This document shows, piece by piece, positions 41,142 through 54,300 of a DNA stretch of 64,000 bases. The notes under the pieces were generated by a model. That model searched no databases. It saw nothing but the letters and a program-made list of their open reading frames with translations, and was not told the origin of the DNA. How positions within the stretch are numbered: the first letter of the stretch is position 1; every line of letters starts with the position of its first letter. Made by a program: the position numbers and the translations under genes. Source of the stretch: Auanema rhodensis (lineage: Eukaryota > Animalia > Nematoda); assembly GCA_964057225.1 (NCBI GenBank), contig OZ059900.1, positions 23,870,001-23,934,000 on the forward strand, written 5' to 3'.

Positions 41142-42851
41142 ATTAGCATATTCTGAGGGCACGCCCCTTATTGCTAATATTGATTAAATCGATTTTTGTT
41201 CATATGAGTCGTCAAATGCAACGAATTTCAGCGTGTTACATACTAAAATGAAGCATTTTACATGCTGAACACTAGAAAAATACAAAAACACAGTATTTCC
41301 CATGAAAAATATTTTATTATGCTGGAAAACCAGTTTTTGGAAATTTCGCTGTAAACAAGGTTTTGACTTACGATTTCATGTGTTCAAACTCATGCAATGT
41401 CAATGAAACCTAGCTCAAAATTGTTCGTACAACGTCTAGTTCCACTTTCACGACAAAAAAACAGGGGTTAGAAAATTAAGGAAATTAGCATATTCTGAGG
41501 GCACGCCCCTTATGGCTAATATTGATTAAATCGATTTTTGTTCATATGAGTCGTCAAATGCAACGAATTTCAGCGTGTTACATACTAAAATGAAGCATTT
41601 TACATGCTGAACACTAGAAAAATACAAAAACACAGTATTTCCCATGAGAAATATTTTATTATGCTGGAAAACCAGTTTTTGGAAATTTCGCTGTAAACAA
41701 GGTTTTGACTTACGATTTCATGTGTTCAAACTCATGCAATGTCAATGAAACTTAGCTCAAAATTGTTCGTACAACGTCTAGTTCCACTTTCACGACAAAA
41801 AAACAGGGGTTAGAAAATTAAGGAAAGTAGCATATTCTGAGGGCACGCCCCTTATGGCTAATATTGATTAAATCGATTTTTGTTCATATGAGTCGTCAAA
41901 TGCAACGAATTTCAGCGTGTTACATACTAAAATGAAGCATTTCACATGCTGAACACTAGAAAAATACAAAAACACAGTATTTCCCATGAGAAATATTTTA
42001 TTATGCTGGAAAACCAGTTTTTGGAAATTTCGCTGTAAACAAGGTTTTGACTTACGATTTCATGTGTTCAAACTCATGCAATGTCAATGAAACCTAGCTC
42101 AAAATTGTTTGTACAACGTCTAGTTCCACTTTCACGACAAAAAAACAGGGGTTAGAAAATTAAGGAAATTAGCATATTCTGAGGGCACGCCCCTTATGGC
42201 TAATATTGATTAAATCGATTTTTGTTCATATGAGTCGTCAAATGCAACGAATTTCAGCGTGTTACATACTAAAATGAAGCATTTTACATGCTGAACACTA
42301 GAAAAATACAAAAACACAGTATTTCCCATGAGAAATATTTTATTATGCTGGAAAACCAGTTTTTGGAAATTTCGCTGTAAACAAGGTTTTGACTTACGAT
42401 TTCATGTGTTCAAACTCATGCAATGTCAATGAAACTTAGCTCAAAATTGTTCGTACAACGTCTAGTTCCACTTTCACGACAAAAAAACAAGGGTTAGAAA
42501 ATTAAGGAAATTAGCATATTCTGAGGGCACGCCCCTTATGGCTAATATTGATTAAATCGATTTTTGTTCATATGAGTCGTCAAATGCAACGAATTTCAGC
42601 GTGTTACATACTAAAATGAAGCATTTTACATGCTGAACACTAGAAAAATACAAAAACACAGTATTTCCCATGAGAAATATTTTATTATGCTGGAGAACCA
42701 GTTTTTGGAAATTTCGCTGTAAACAAGGTTTTGACTTACGATTTCATGTGTTCAAACTCATGCAATGTCAATGAAACCTAGCTCAAAATTGTTCGTACAA
42801 CGTCTAGTTCCACTTTCACGACAAAAAAACAGGGGTTAGAAAATTAAGGAA

Positions 42852-45800
42852 ATTAGCATATTCTGAGGGCACGCCCCTTATGGCTAATATTGATTAAATC
42901 GATTTTTGTTCATATGAGTCGTCAAATGCAACGAATTTCAGCGTGTTACATACTTAAATGAAGCATTTTACATGCTGAACACTAGAAAAATACAAAAACA
43001 CAGTATTTCCCATGAGAAATATTTTATTATGCTGAAAAACCAGTTTTTGGAAATTTCGCTGTAAACAAGGTTTGACTTACGATTTCATGTGTTCAAACTC
43101 ATGCAATGTCAATGAAACCTAGCTCAAAATTGTTCGTACAACGTCTAGTTCCACTTTCACGACAAAAAAACAGGGGTTAGAAAATTAAGGAAATTAGCAT
43201 ATTCTGAGGGCACGCCCCTTATTGCTAATATTGATTAAATCGATTTTTGTTCATATGAGTCGTCAAATGCAACGAATTTCAGCGTGTTACATACTAAAAT
43301 GAAGCATTTTACATGCTGAACACTAGAAAAATACAAAAACACAGTATTTCCCATGAAAAATATTTTATTATGCTGGAAAACCAGTTTTTGGAAATTTCGC
43401 TGTAAACAAGGTTTTGACTTACGATTTCATGTGTTCAAACTCATGCAATGTCAATGAAACCTAGCTCAAAATTGTTCGTACAACGTCTAGTTCCACTTTC
43501 ACGACAAAAAAACAGGGGTTAGAAAATTAAGGAAATTAGCATATTCTGAGGGCACGCCCCTTATGGCTAATATTGATTAAATCGATTTTTGTTCATATGA
43601 GTCGTCAAATGCAACGAATTTCAGCGTGTTACATACTAAAATGAAGCATTTTACATGCTGAACACTAGAAAAATACAAAAACACAGTATTTCCCATGAGA
43701 AATATTTTATTATGCTGGAAAACCAGTTTTTGGAAATTTCGCTGTAAACAAGGTTTTGACTTACGATTTCATGTGTTCAAACTCATGCAATGTCAATGAA
43801 ACTTAGCTCAAAATTGTTCGTACAACGTCTAGTTCCACTTTCACGACAAAAAAACAGGGGTTAGAAAATTAAGGAAATTAGCATATTCTGAGGGCACGCC
43901 CCTTATGGCTAATATTGATTAAATCGATTTTTGTTCATATGAGTCGTCAAATGCAACGAATTTCAGCGTGTTACATACTAAAATGAAGCATTTTACATGC
44001 TGAACACTAGAAAAATACAAAAACACAGTATTTCCCATGAGAAATATTTTATTATGCTGAAAAACCAGTTTTTGGAAATTTCGCTGTAAACAAGGTTTGA
44101 CTTACGATTTCATGTGTTCAAACTCATGCAATGTCAATGAAACTTAGCTCAAAATTGTTCGTACAACGTCTAGTTCCACTTTCACGACAAAAAAACAGGG
44201 GTTAGAAAATTAAGGAAATTAGCATATTCTGAGGGCACGCCCCTTATGGCTAATATTGATTAAATCGATTTTTGTTCATATGAGTCGTCAAATGCAACGA
44301 ATTTCAGCGTGTTACATACTTAAATGAAGCATTTTACATGCTGAACACTAGAAAAATACAAAAACACAGTATTTCCCATGAGAAATATTTTATTATGCTG
44401 AAAAACCAGTTTTTGGAAATTTCGCTGTAAACAAGGTTTGACTTACGATTTCATGTGTTCAAACTCATGCAATGTCAATGAAACCTAGCTCAAAATTGTT
44501 CGTACAACGTCTAGTTCCACTTTCACGACAAAAAAACAGGGGTTAGAAAATTAAGGAAATTAGCATATTCTGAGGGCACGCCCCTTATTGCTAATATTGA
44601 TTAAATCGATTTTTGTTCATATGAGTCGTCAAATGCAACGAATTTCAGCGTGTTACATACTAAAATGAAGCATTTTACATGCTGAACACTAGAAAAATAC
44701 AAAAACACAGTATTTCCCATGAAAAATATTTTATTATGCTGGAAAACCAGTTTTTGGAAATTTCGCTGTAAACAAGGTTTTGACTTACGATTTCATGTGT
44801 TCAAACTCATGCAATGTCAATGAAACCTAGCTCAAAATTGTTCGTACAACGTCTAGTTCCACTTTCACGACAAAAAAACAGGGGTTAGAAAATTAAGGAA
44901 ATTAGCATATTCTGAGGGCACGCCCCTTATGGCTAATATTGATTAAATCGATTTTTGTTCATATGAGTCGTCAAATGCAACGAATTTCAGCGTGTTACAT
45001 ACTAAAATGAAGCATTTTACATGCTGAACACTAGAAAAATACAAAAACACAGTATTTCCCATGAGAAATATTTTATTATGCTGGAAAACCAGTTTTTGGA
45101 AATTTCGCTGTAAACAAGGTTTTGACTTACGATTTCATGTGTTCAAACTCATGCAATGTCAATGAAACCTAGCTCAAAATTGTTTGTACAACGTCTAGTT
45201 CCACTTTCACGACAAAAAAACAGGGGTTAGAAAATTAAGGAAATTAGCATATTCTGAGGGCACGCCCCTTATGGCTAATATTGATTAAATCGATTTTTGT
45301 TCATATGAGTCGTCAAATGCAACGAATTTCAGCGTGTTACATACTAAAATGAAGCATTTTACATGCTGAACACTAGAAAAATACAAAAACACAGTATTTC
45401 CCATGAGAAATATTTTATTATGCTGGAAAACCAGTTTTTGGAAATTTCGCTGTAAACAAGGTTTTGACTTACGATTTCATGTGTTCAAACTCATCCAATG
45501 TCAATGAAACCTAGCTCAAAATTGTTTGTACAACGTCTAGTTCCACTTTCACGACAAAAAAACAGGGGTTAGAAAATTAAGGAAATTAGCATATTCTGAG
45601 GGCACGCCCCTTATGGCTAATATTGATTAAATCGATTTTTGTTCATATGAGTCGTCAAATGCAACGAATTTCAGCGTGTTACATACTAAAATGAAGCATT
45701 TTACATGCTGAACACTAGAAAAATACAAAAACACAGTATTTCCCATGAGAAATATTTTATTATGCTGGAAAACCAGTTTTTGGAAATTTCGCTGTAAACA

Positions 45801-48318
45801 AGGTTTTGACTTACGATTTCATGTGTTCAAACTCATGCAATGTCAATGAAACTTAGCTCAAAATTGTTCGTACAACGTCTAGTTCCACTTTCACGACAAA
45901 AAAACAGGGGTTAGAAAATTAAGGAAATTAGCATATTCTGAGGGCACGCCCCTTATGGCTAATATTGATTAAATCAATTTTTGTTCATATGAGTCGTCAA
46001 ATGCAACGAATTTCAGCGTGTTACATACTTAAATGAAGCATTTTACATGCTGAACACTAGAAAAATACAAAAACACAGTATTTCCCATGAGAAATATTTT
46101 ATTATGCTGAAAAACCAGTTTTTGGAAATTTCGCTGTAAACAAGGTTTGACTTACGATTTCATGTGTTCAAACTCATGCAATGTCAATGAAACCTAGCTC
46201 AAAATTGTTCGTACAACGTCTAGTTCCACTTTCACGACAAAAAAACAGGGGTTAGAAAATTAAGGAAATTAGCATATTCTGAGGGCACGCCCCTTATTGC
46301 TAATATTGATTAAATCGATTTTTGTTCATATGAGTCGTCAAATGCAACGAATTTCAGCGTGTTACATACTAAAATGAAGCATTTTACATGCTGAACACTA
46401 GAAAAATACAAAAACACAGTATTTCCCATGAAAAATATTTTATTATGCTGGAAAACCAGTTTTTGGAAATTTCGCTGTAAACAAGGTTTTGACTTACGAT
46501 TTCATGTGTTCAAACTCATGCAATGTCAATGAAACCTAGCTCAAAATTGTTCGTACAACGTCTAGTTCCACTTTCACGACAAAAAAACAGGGGTTAGAAA
46601 ATTAAGGAAATTAGCATATTCTGAGGGCACGCCCCTTATGGCTAATATTGATTAAATCGATTTTTGTTCATATGAGTCGTCAAATGCAACGAATTTCAGC
46701 GTGTTACATACTAAAATGAAGCATTTTACATGCTGAACACTAGAAAAATACAAAAACACAGTATTTCCCATGAGAAATATTTTATTATGCTGGAAAACCA
46801 GTTTTTGGAAATTTCGCTGTAAACAAGGTTTTGACTTACGATTTCATGTGTTCAAACTCATGCAATGTCAATGAAACTTAGCTCAAAATTGTTCGTACAA
46901 CGTCTAGTTCCACTTTCACGACAAAAAAACAGGGGTTAGAAAATTAAGGAAATTAGCATATTCTGAGGGCACGCCCCTTATGGCTAATATTGATTAAATC
47001 GATTTTTGTTCATATGAGTCGTCAAATGCAACGAATTTCAGCGTGTTACATACTAAAATGAAGCATTTTACATGCTGAACACTAGAAAAATACAAAAACA
47101 CAGTATTTCCCATGAGAAATATTTTATTATGCTGGAAAACCAGTTTTTGGAAATTTCGCTGTAAACAAGGTTTTGACTTACGATTTCATGTGTTCAAACT
47201 CATGCAATGTCAATGAAACTTAGCTCAAAATTGTTCGTACAACGTCTAGTTCCACTTTCACGACAAAAAAACAGGGGTTAGAAAATTAAGGAAATTAGCA
47301 TATTCTGAGGGCACGCCCCTTATGGCTAATATTGATTAAATCGATTTTTGTTCATATGAGTCGTCAAATGCAACGAATTTCAGCGTGTTACATACTTAAA
47401 TGAAGCATTTTACATGCTGAACACTAGAAAAATACAAAAACACAGTATTTCCCATGAGAAATATTTTATTATGCTGAAAAACCAGTTTTTGGAAATTTCG
47501 CTGTAAACAAGGTTTGACTTACGATTTCATGTGTTCAAACTCATGCAATGTCAATGAAACCTAGCTCAAAATTGTTCGTACAACGTCTAGTTCCACTTTC
47601 ACGACAAAAAAACAGGGGTTAGAAAATTAAGGAAATTAGCATATTCTGAGGGCACGCCCCTTATTGCTAATATTGATTAAATCGATTTTTGTTCATATGA
47701 GTCGTCAAATGCAACGAATTTCAGCGTGTTACATACTAAAATGAAGCATTTTACATGCTGAACACTAGAAAAATACAAAAACACAGTATTTCCCATGAAA
47801 AATATTTTATTATGCTGGAAAACCAGTTTTTGGAAATTTCGCTGTAAACAAGGTTTTGACTTACGATTTCATGTGTTCAAACTCATGCAATGTCAATGAA
47901 ACCTAGCTCAAAATTGTTCGTACAACGTCTAGTTCCACTTTCACGACAAAAAAACAGGGGTTAGAAAATTAAGGAAATTAGCATATTCTGAGGGCACGCC
48001 CCTTATGACTAATATTGATTAAATCGATTTTTGTTCATATGAGTCGTCAAATGCAACGAATTTCAGCGTGTTACATACTAAAATGAAGCATTTTACATGC
48101 TGAACACTAGAAAAATACAAAAACACAGTATTTCCCATGAGAAATATTTTATTATGCTGGAAAACCAGTTTTTGGAAATTTCGCTGTAAACAAGGTTTTG
48201 ACTTACGATTTCATGTGTTCAAACTCATGCAATGTCAATGAAACTTAGCTCAAAATTGTTCGTACAACGTCTAGTTCCACTTTCACGACAAAAAAACAGG
48301 GGTTAGAAAATTAAGGAA
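42852..48318 (+). repeat. Local higher-order repeat, 4-5 monomer period (starts 42852, 44218, 45927, 47294)
   Basis: A monomer with TACTTAAATG+GCTGAAAAAC+GGTTTGAC is always followed by a monomer with CTTATTGCT+CATGAAAAA. Spacings are 1366, 1709 and 1367 bp. Confidence 0.85.
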
Positions 48319-51300
48319 ATTAGCATATTCTGAGGGCACGCCCCTTATGGCTAATATTGATTAAATCGATTTTTGTTCATATGAGTCGTCAAATGCAACG
48401 AATTTCAGCGTGTTACATACTAAAATGAAGCATTTTACATGCTGAACACTAGAAAAATACAAAAACACAGTATTTCCCATGAGAAATATTTTATTATGCT
48501 GGAAAACCAGTTTTTGGAAATTTCGCTGTAAACAAGGTTTTGACTTACGATTTCATGTGTTCAAACTCATGCAATGTCAATGAAACTTAGCTCAAAATTG
48601 TTCGTACAACGTCTAGTTCCACTTTCACGACAAAAAAACAAGGGTTAGAAAATTAAGGAAATTAGCATATTCTGAGGGCACGCCCCTTATGGCTAATATT
48701 GATTAAATCGATTTTTGTTCATATGAGTCGTCAAATGCAACGAATTTCAGCGTGTTACATACTAAAATGAAGCATTTTACATGCTGAACACTAGAAAAAT
48801 ACAAAAACACAGTATTTCCCATGAGAAATATTTTATTATGCTGGAAAACCAGTTTTTGGAAATTTCGCTGTAAACAAGGTTTTGACTTACGATTTCATGT
48901 GTTCAAACTCATGCAATGTCAATGAAACCTAGCTCAAAATTGTTTGTACAACGTCTAGTTCCACTTTCACGACAAAAAAACAGGGGTTAGAAAATTAAGG
49001 AAATTAGCATATTCTGAGGGCACGCCCCTTATGGCTAATATTGATTAAATCGATTTTTGTTCATATGAGTCGTCAAATGCAACGAATTTCAGCGTGTTAC
49101 ATACTAAAATGAAGCATTTTACATGCTGAACACTAGAAAAATACAAAAACACAGTATTTCCCATGAGAAATATTTTATTATGCTGGAAAACCAGTTTTTG
49201 GAAATTTCGCTGTAAACAAGGTTTTGACTTACGATTTCATGTGTTCAAACTCATGCAATGTCAATGAAACCTAGCTCAAAATTGTTCGTACAACGTCTAG
49301 TTCCACTTTCACGACAAAAAAACAGGGGTTAGAAAATTAAGGAAATTAGCATATTCTGAGGGCACGCCCCTTATGGCTAATATTGATTAAATCGATTTTT
49401 GTTCATATGAGTCGTCAAATGCAACGAATTTCAGCGTGTTACATACTAAAATGAAGCATTTTACATGCTGAACACTAGAAAAATACAAAAACACAGTATT
49501 TCCCATGAGAAATATTTTATTATGCTGGAAAACCAGTTTTTGGAAATTTCGCTGTAAACAAGGTTTTGACTTACGATTTCATGTGTTCAAACTCATGCAA
49601 TGTCAATGAAACCTAGCTCAAAATTGTTTGTACAACGTCTAGTTCCACTTTCACGACAAAAAAACAGGGGTTAGAAAATTAAGGAAATTAGCATATTCTG
49701 AGGGCACGCCCCTTATGGCTAATATTGATTAAATCGATTTTTGTTCATATGAGTCGTCAAATGCAACGAATTACAGCGTGTTACATACTAAAATGAAGCA
49801 TTTTACATGCTGAACACTAGAAAAATACAAAAACACAGTATTTCCCATGAGAAATATTTTATTATGCTGGAAAACCAGTTTTTGGAAATTTCGCTGTAAA
49901 CAAGGTTTTGACTTACGATTTCATGTGTTCAAACTCATGCAATGTCAATGAAACCTAGCTCAAAATTGTTCGTACAACGTCTAGTTCCACTTTCACGACA
50001 AAAAAACAGGGGTTAGAAAATTAAGGAAATTAGCATATTCTGAGGGCACGCCCCTTATGGCTAATATTGATTAAATCGATTTTTGTTCATATGAGTCGTC
50101 AAATGCAACGAATTTCAGCGTGTTACATACTAAAATGAAGCATTTTACATGCTGAACACTAGGAAAATACAAAAACACAGTATTTCCCATGAGAAATATT
50201 TTATTATGCTGGAAAACCAGTTTTTGGAAATTTCGCTGTAAACAAGGTTTTGACTTACGATTTCATGTGTTCAAACTCATGCAATGTCAATGAAACCTAG
50301 CTCAAAATTGTTCGTACAACGTCTAGTTCCACTTTCACGACAAAAAAACAGGGGTTAGAAAATTAAGGAAATTAGCATATTCTGAGGGCACGCCCCTTAT
50401 GGCTAATATTGATTAAATCGATTTTTGTTCATATGAGTCGTCAAATGCAACGAATTTCTGCATGTTACATACTAAAATGAAGCATTTTACATGCTGAACA
50501 CTAGAAAAAAACAAAAACACAGTATTTCCCATGAGAAATATTTTATTATGCTGGAAAACCAGTTTTTGGAAATTTCGCTGTAAACAAGGTTTTGACTTAC
50601 GATTTCATGTGTTCAAACTCATGCAATGTCAATGAAACTTAGCTCAAAATTGTTCGTACAACGTCTAGTTCCACTTTCACGACAAAAAAACAGGGGTTAG
50701 AAAATTAAGGAAATTAGCATATTCTGAGGGCACGCCCCTTATGGCTAATATTGATTAAATCGATTTTTGTTCATATGAGTCGTCAAATGCAACGAATTTC
50801 AGCGTGTTACATACTAAAATGAAGCATTTTACATGCTGAACACTAGAAAAATACAAAAACACAGTATTTCCCATGAGAAATATTTTATTATGCTGGAAAA
50901 CCAGTTTTTGGAAATTTCGCTGTAAACAAGGTTTTGACTTACGATTTCATGTGTTCAAACTCATGCAATGTCAATGAAACCTAGCTCAAAATTGTTTGTA
51001 CAACGTCTAGTTCCACTTTCACGACAAAAAAACAGGGGTTAGAAAATTAAGGAAATTAGCATATTCTGAGGGCACGCCCCTTATGGCTAATATTGATTAA
51101 ATCGATTTTTGTTCATATGAGTCGTCAAATGCAACGAATTACAGCGTGTTACATACTAAAATGAAGCATTTTACATGCTGAACACTAGAAAAATACAAAA
51201 ACACAGTATTTCCCATGAGAAATATTTTATTATGCTGGAAAACCAGTTTTTGGAAATTTCGCTGTAAACAAGGTTTTGACTTACGATTTCATGTGTTCAA

Positions 51301-54300
51301 ACTCATGCAATGTCAATGAAACCTAGCTCAAAATTGTTCGTACAACGTCTAGTTCCACTTTCACGACAAAAAAACAGGGGTTAGAAAATTAAGGAAATTA
51401 GCATATTCTGAGGGCACGCCCCTTATGGCTAATATTGATTAAATCGATTTTTGTTCATATGAGTCGTCAAATGCAACGAATTTCAGCGTGTTACATACTA
51501 AAATGAAGCATTTTACATGCTGAACACTAGAAAAATACAAAAACACAGTATTTCCCATGAGAAATATTTTATTATGCTGGAAAACCAGTTTTTGGAAATT
51601 TCGCTGTAAACAAGGTTTTGACTTACGATTTCATGTGTTCAAACTCATGCAATGTCAATGAAACCTAGCTCAAAATTGTTCGTACAACGTCTAGTTCCAC
51701 TTTCACGACAAAAAAACAGGGGTTAGAAAATTAAGGAAATTAGCATATTCTGAGGGCACGCCCCTTATGGCTAATATTCATTAAATCGATTTTTGTTCAT
51801 ATGAGTCGTCAAATGCAACGAATTTCTGCATGTTACATACTAAAATGAAGCATTTCACATGCTGAACACTAGAAAAAAACAAAAACACAGTATTTCCCAT
51901 GAGAAATATTTTATTATGCTGGAAAACCAGTTTTTGGAAATTTCGCTGTAAACAAGGTTTTGACTTACGATTTCATGTGTTCAAACTCATGCAATGTCAA
52001 TGAAACTTAGCTCAAAATTGTTCGTACAACGTCTAGTTCCACTTTCACGACAAAAAAACAGGGGTTAGAAAATTAAGGAAATTAGCATATTCTGAGGGCA
52101 CGCCCCTTATGGCTAATATTGATTAAATCGATTTTTGTTCATATGAGTCGTCAAATGCAACGAATTTCAGCGTGTTACATACTAAAATGAAGCATTTTAC
52201 ATGCTGAACACTAGAAAAATACAAAAACACAGTATTTCCCATGAGAAATATTTTATTATGCTGGAAAACCAGTTTTTGGAAATTTCGCTGTAAACAAGGT
52301 TTTGACTTACGATTTCATGTGTTCAAACTCATGCAATGTCAATGAAACTTAGCTCAAAATTGTTCGTACAACGTCTAGTTCCACTTTCACGACAAAAAAA
52401 CAAGGGTTAGAAAATTAAGGAAATTAGCATATTCTGAGGGCACGCCCCTTATGGCTAATATTGATTAAATCGATTTTTGTTCATATGAGTCGTCAAATGC
52501 AACGAATTTCAGCGTGTTACATACTAAAATGAAGCATTTTACATGCTGAACACTAGAAAAATACAAAAACACAGTATTTCCCATGAGAAATATTTTATTA
52601 TGCTGGAAAACCAGTTTTTGGAAATTTCGCTGTAAACAAGGTTTTGACTTACGATTTCATGTGTTCAAACTCATGCAATGTCAATGAAACCTAGCTCAAA
52701 ATTGTTTGTACAACGTCTAGTTCCACTTTCACGACAAAAAAACAGGGGTTAGAAAATTAAGGAAATTAGCATATTCTGAGGGCACGCCCCTTATGGCTAA
52801 TATTGATTAAATCGATTTTTGTTCATATGAGTCGTCAAATGCAACGAATTTCAGCGTGTTACATACTAAAATGAAGCATTTTACATGCTGAACACTAGAA
52901 AAATACAAAAACACAGTATTTCCCATGAGAAATATTTTATTATGCTGGAAAACCAGTTTTTGGAAATTTCGCTGTAAACAAGGTTTTGACTTACGATTTC
53001 ATGTGTTCAAACTCATGCAATGTCAATGAAACCTAGCTCAAAATTGTTCGTACAACGTCTAGTTCCACTTTCACGACAAAAAAACAAGGGTTAGAAAATT
53101 AAGGAAATTAGCATATTCTGAGGGCACGCCCCTTATGGCTAATATTGATTAAATCGATTTTTGTTCATATGAGTCGTCAAATGCAACGAATTTCAGCGTG
53201 TTACATACTAAAATGAAGCATTTTACATGCTGAACACTAGAAAAATACAAAAACACAGTATTTCCCATGAGAAATATTTTATTATGCTGGAAAACCAGTT
53301 TTTGGAAATTTCGCTGTAAACAAGGTTTTGACTTACGATTTCATGTGTTCAAACTCATGCAATGTCAATGAAACCTAGCTCAAAATTGTTTGTACAACGT
53401 CTAGTTCCACTTTCACGACAAAAAAACAGGGGTTAGAAAATTAAGGAAATTAGCATATTCTGAGGGCACGCCCCTTATGGCTAATATTGATTAAATCGAT
53501 TTTTGTTCATATGAGTCGTCAAATGCAACGAATTTCAGCGTGTTACATACTAAAATGAAGCATTTTACATGCTGAACACTAGAAAAATACAAAAACACAG
53601 TATTTCCCATGAGAAATATTTTATTATGCTGGAAAACCAGTTTTGGGAAATTTCGCTGTAAACAAGGTTTTGACTTACGATTTCATGTGTTCAAACTCAT
53701 GCAATGTCAATGAAACCTAGCTCAAAATTGTTCGTACAACGTCTAGTTCCACTTTCACGACAAAAAAACAGGGGTTAGAAAATTAAGGAAATTAGCATAT
53801 TCTGAGGGCACGCCCCTTATGGCTAATATTGATTAAATCGATTTTTGTTCATATGAGTCGTCAAATGCAACGAATTTCAGCGTGTTACATACTAAAATGA
53901 AGCATTTTACATGCTGAACACTAGAAAAATACAAAAACACAGTATTTCCCATGAGAAATATTTTATTATGCTGGAAAACCAGTTTTGGGAAATTTCGCTG
54001 TAAACAAGGTTTTGACTTACGATTTCATGTGTTCAAACTCATGCAATGTCAATGAAACCTAGCTCAAAATTGTTCGTACAACGTCTAGTTCCACTTTCAC
54101 GACAAAAAAACAGGGGTTAGAAAATTAAGGAAATTAGCATATTCTGAGGGCACGCCCCTTATGGCTAATATTGATTAAATCGATTTTTGTTCATATGAGT
54201 CGTCAAATGCAACGAATTTCAGCGTGTTACATACTAAAATGAAGCATTTTACATGCTGAACACTAGAAAAATACAAAAACACAGTATTTCCCATGAGAAA

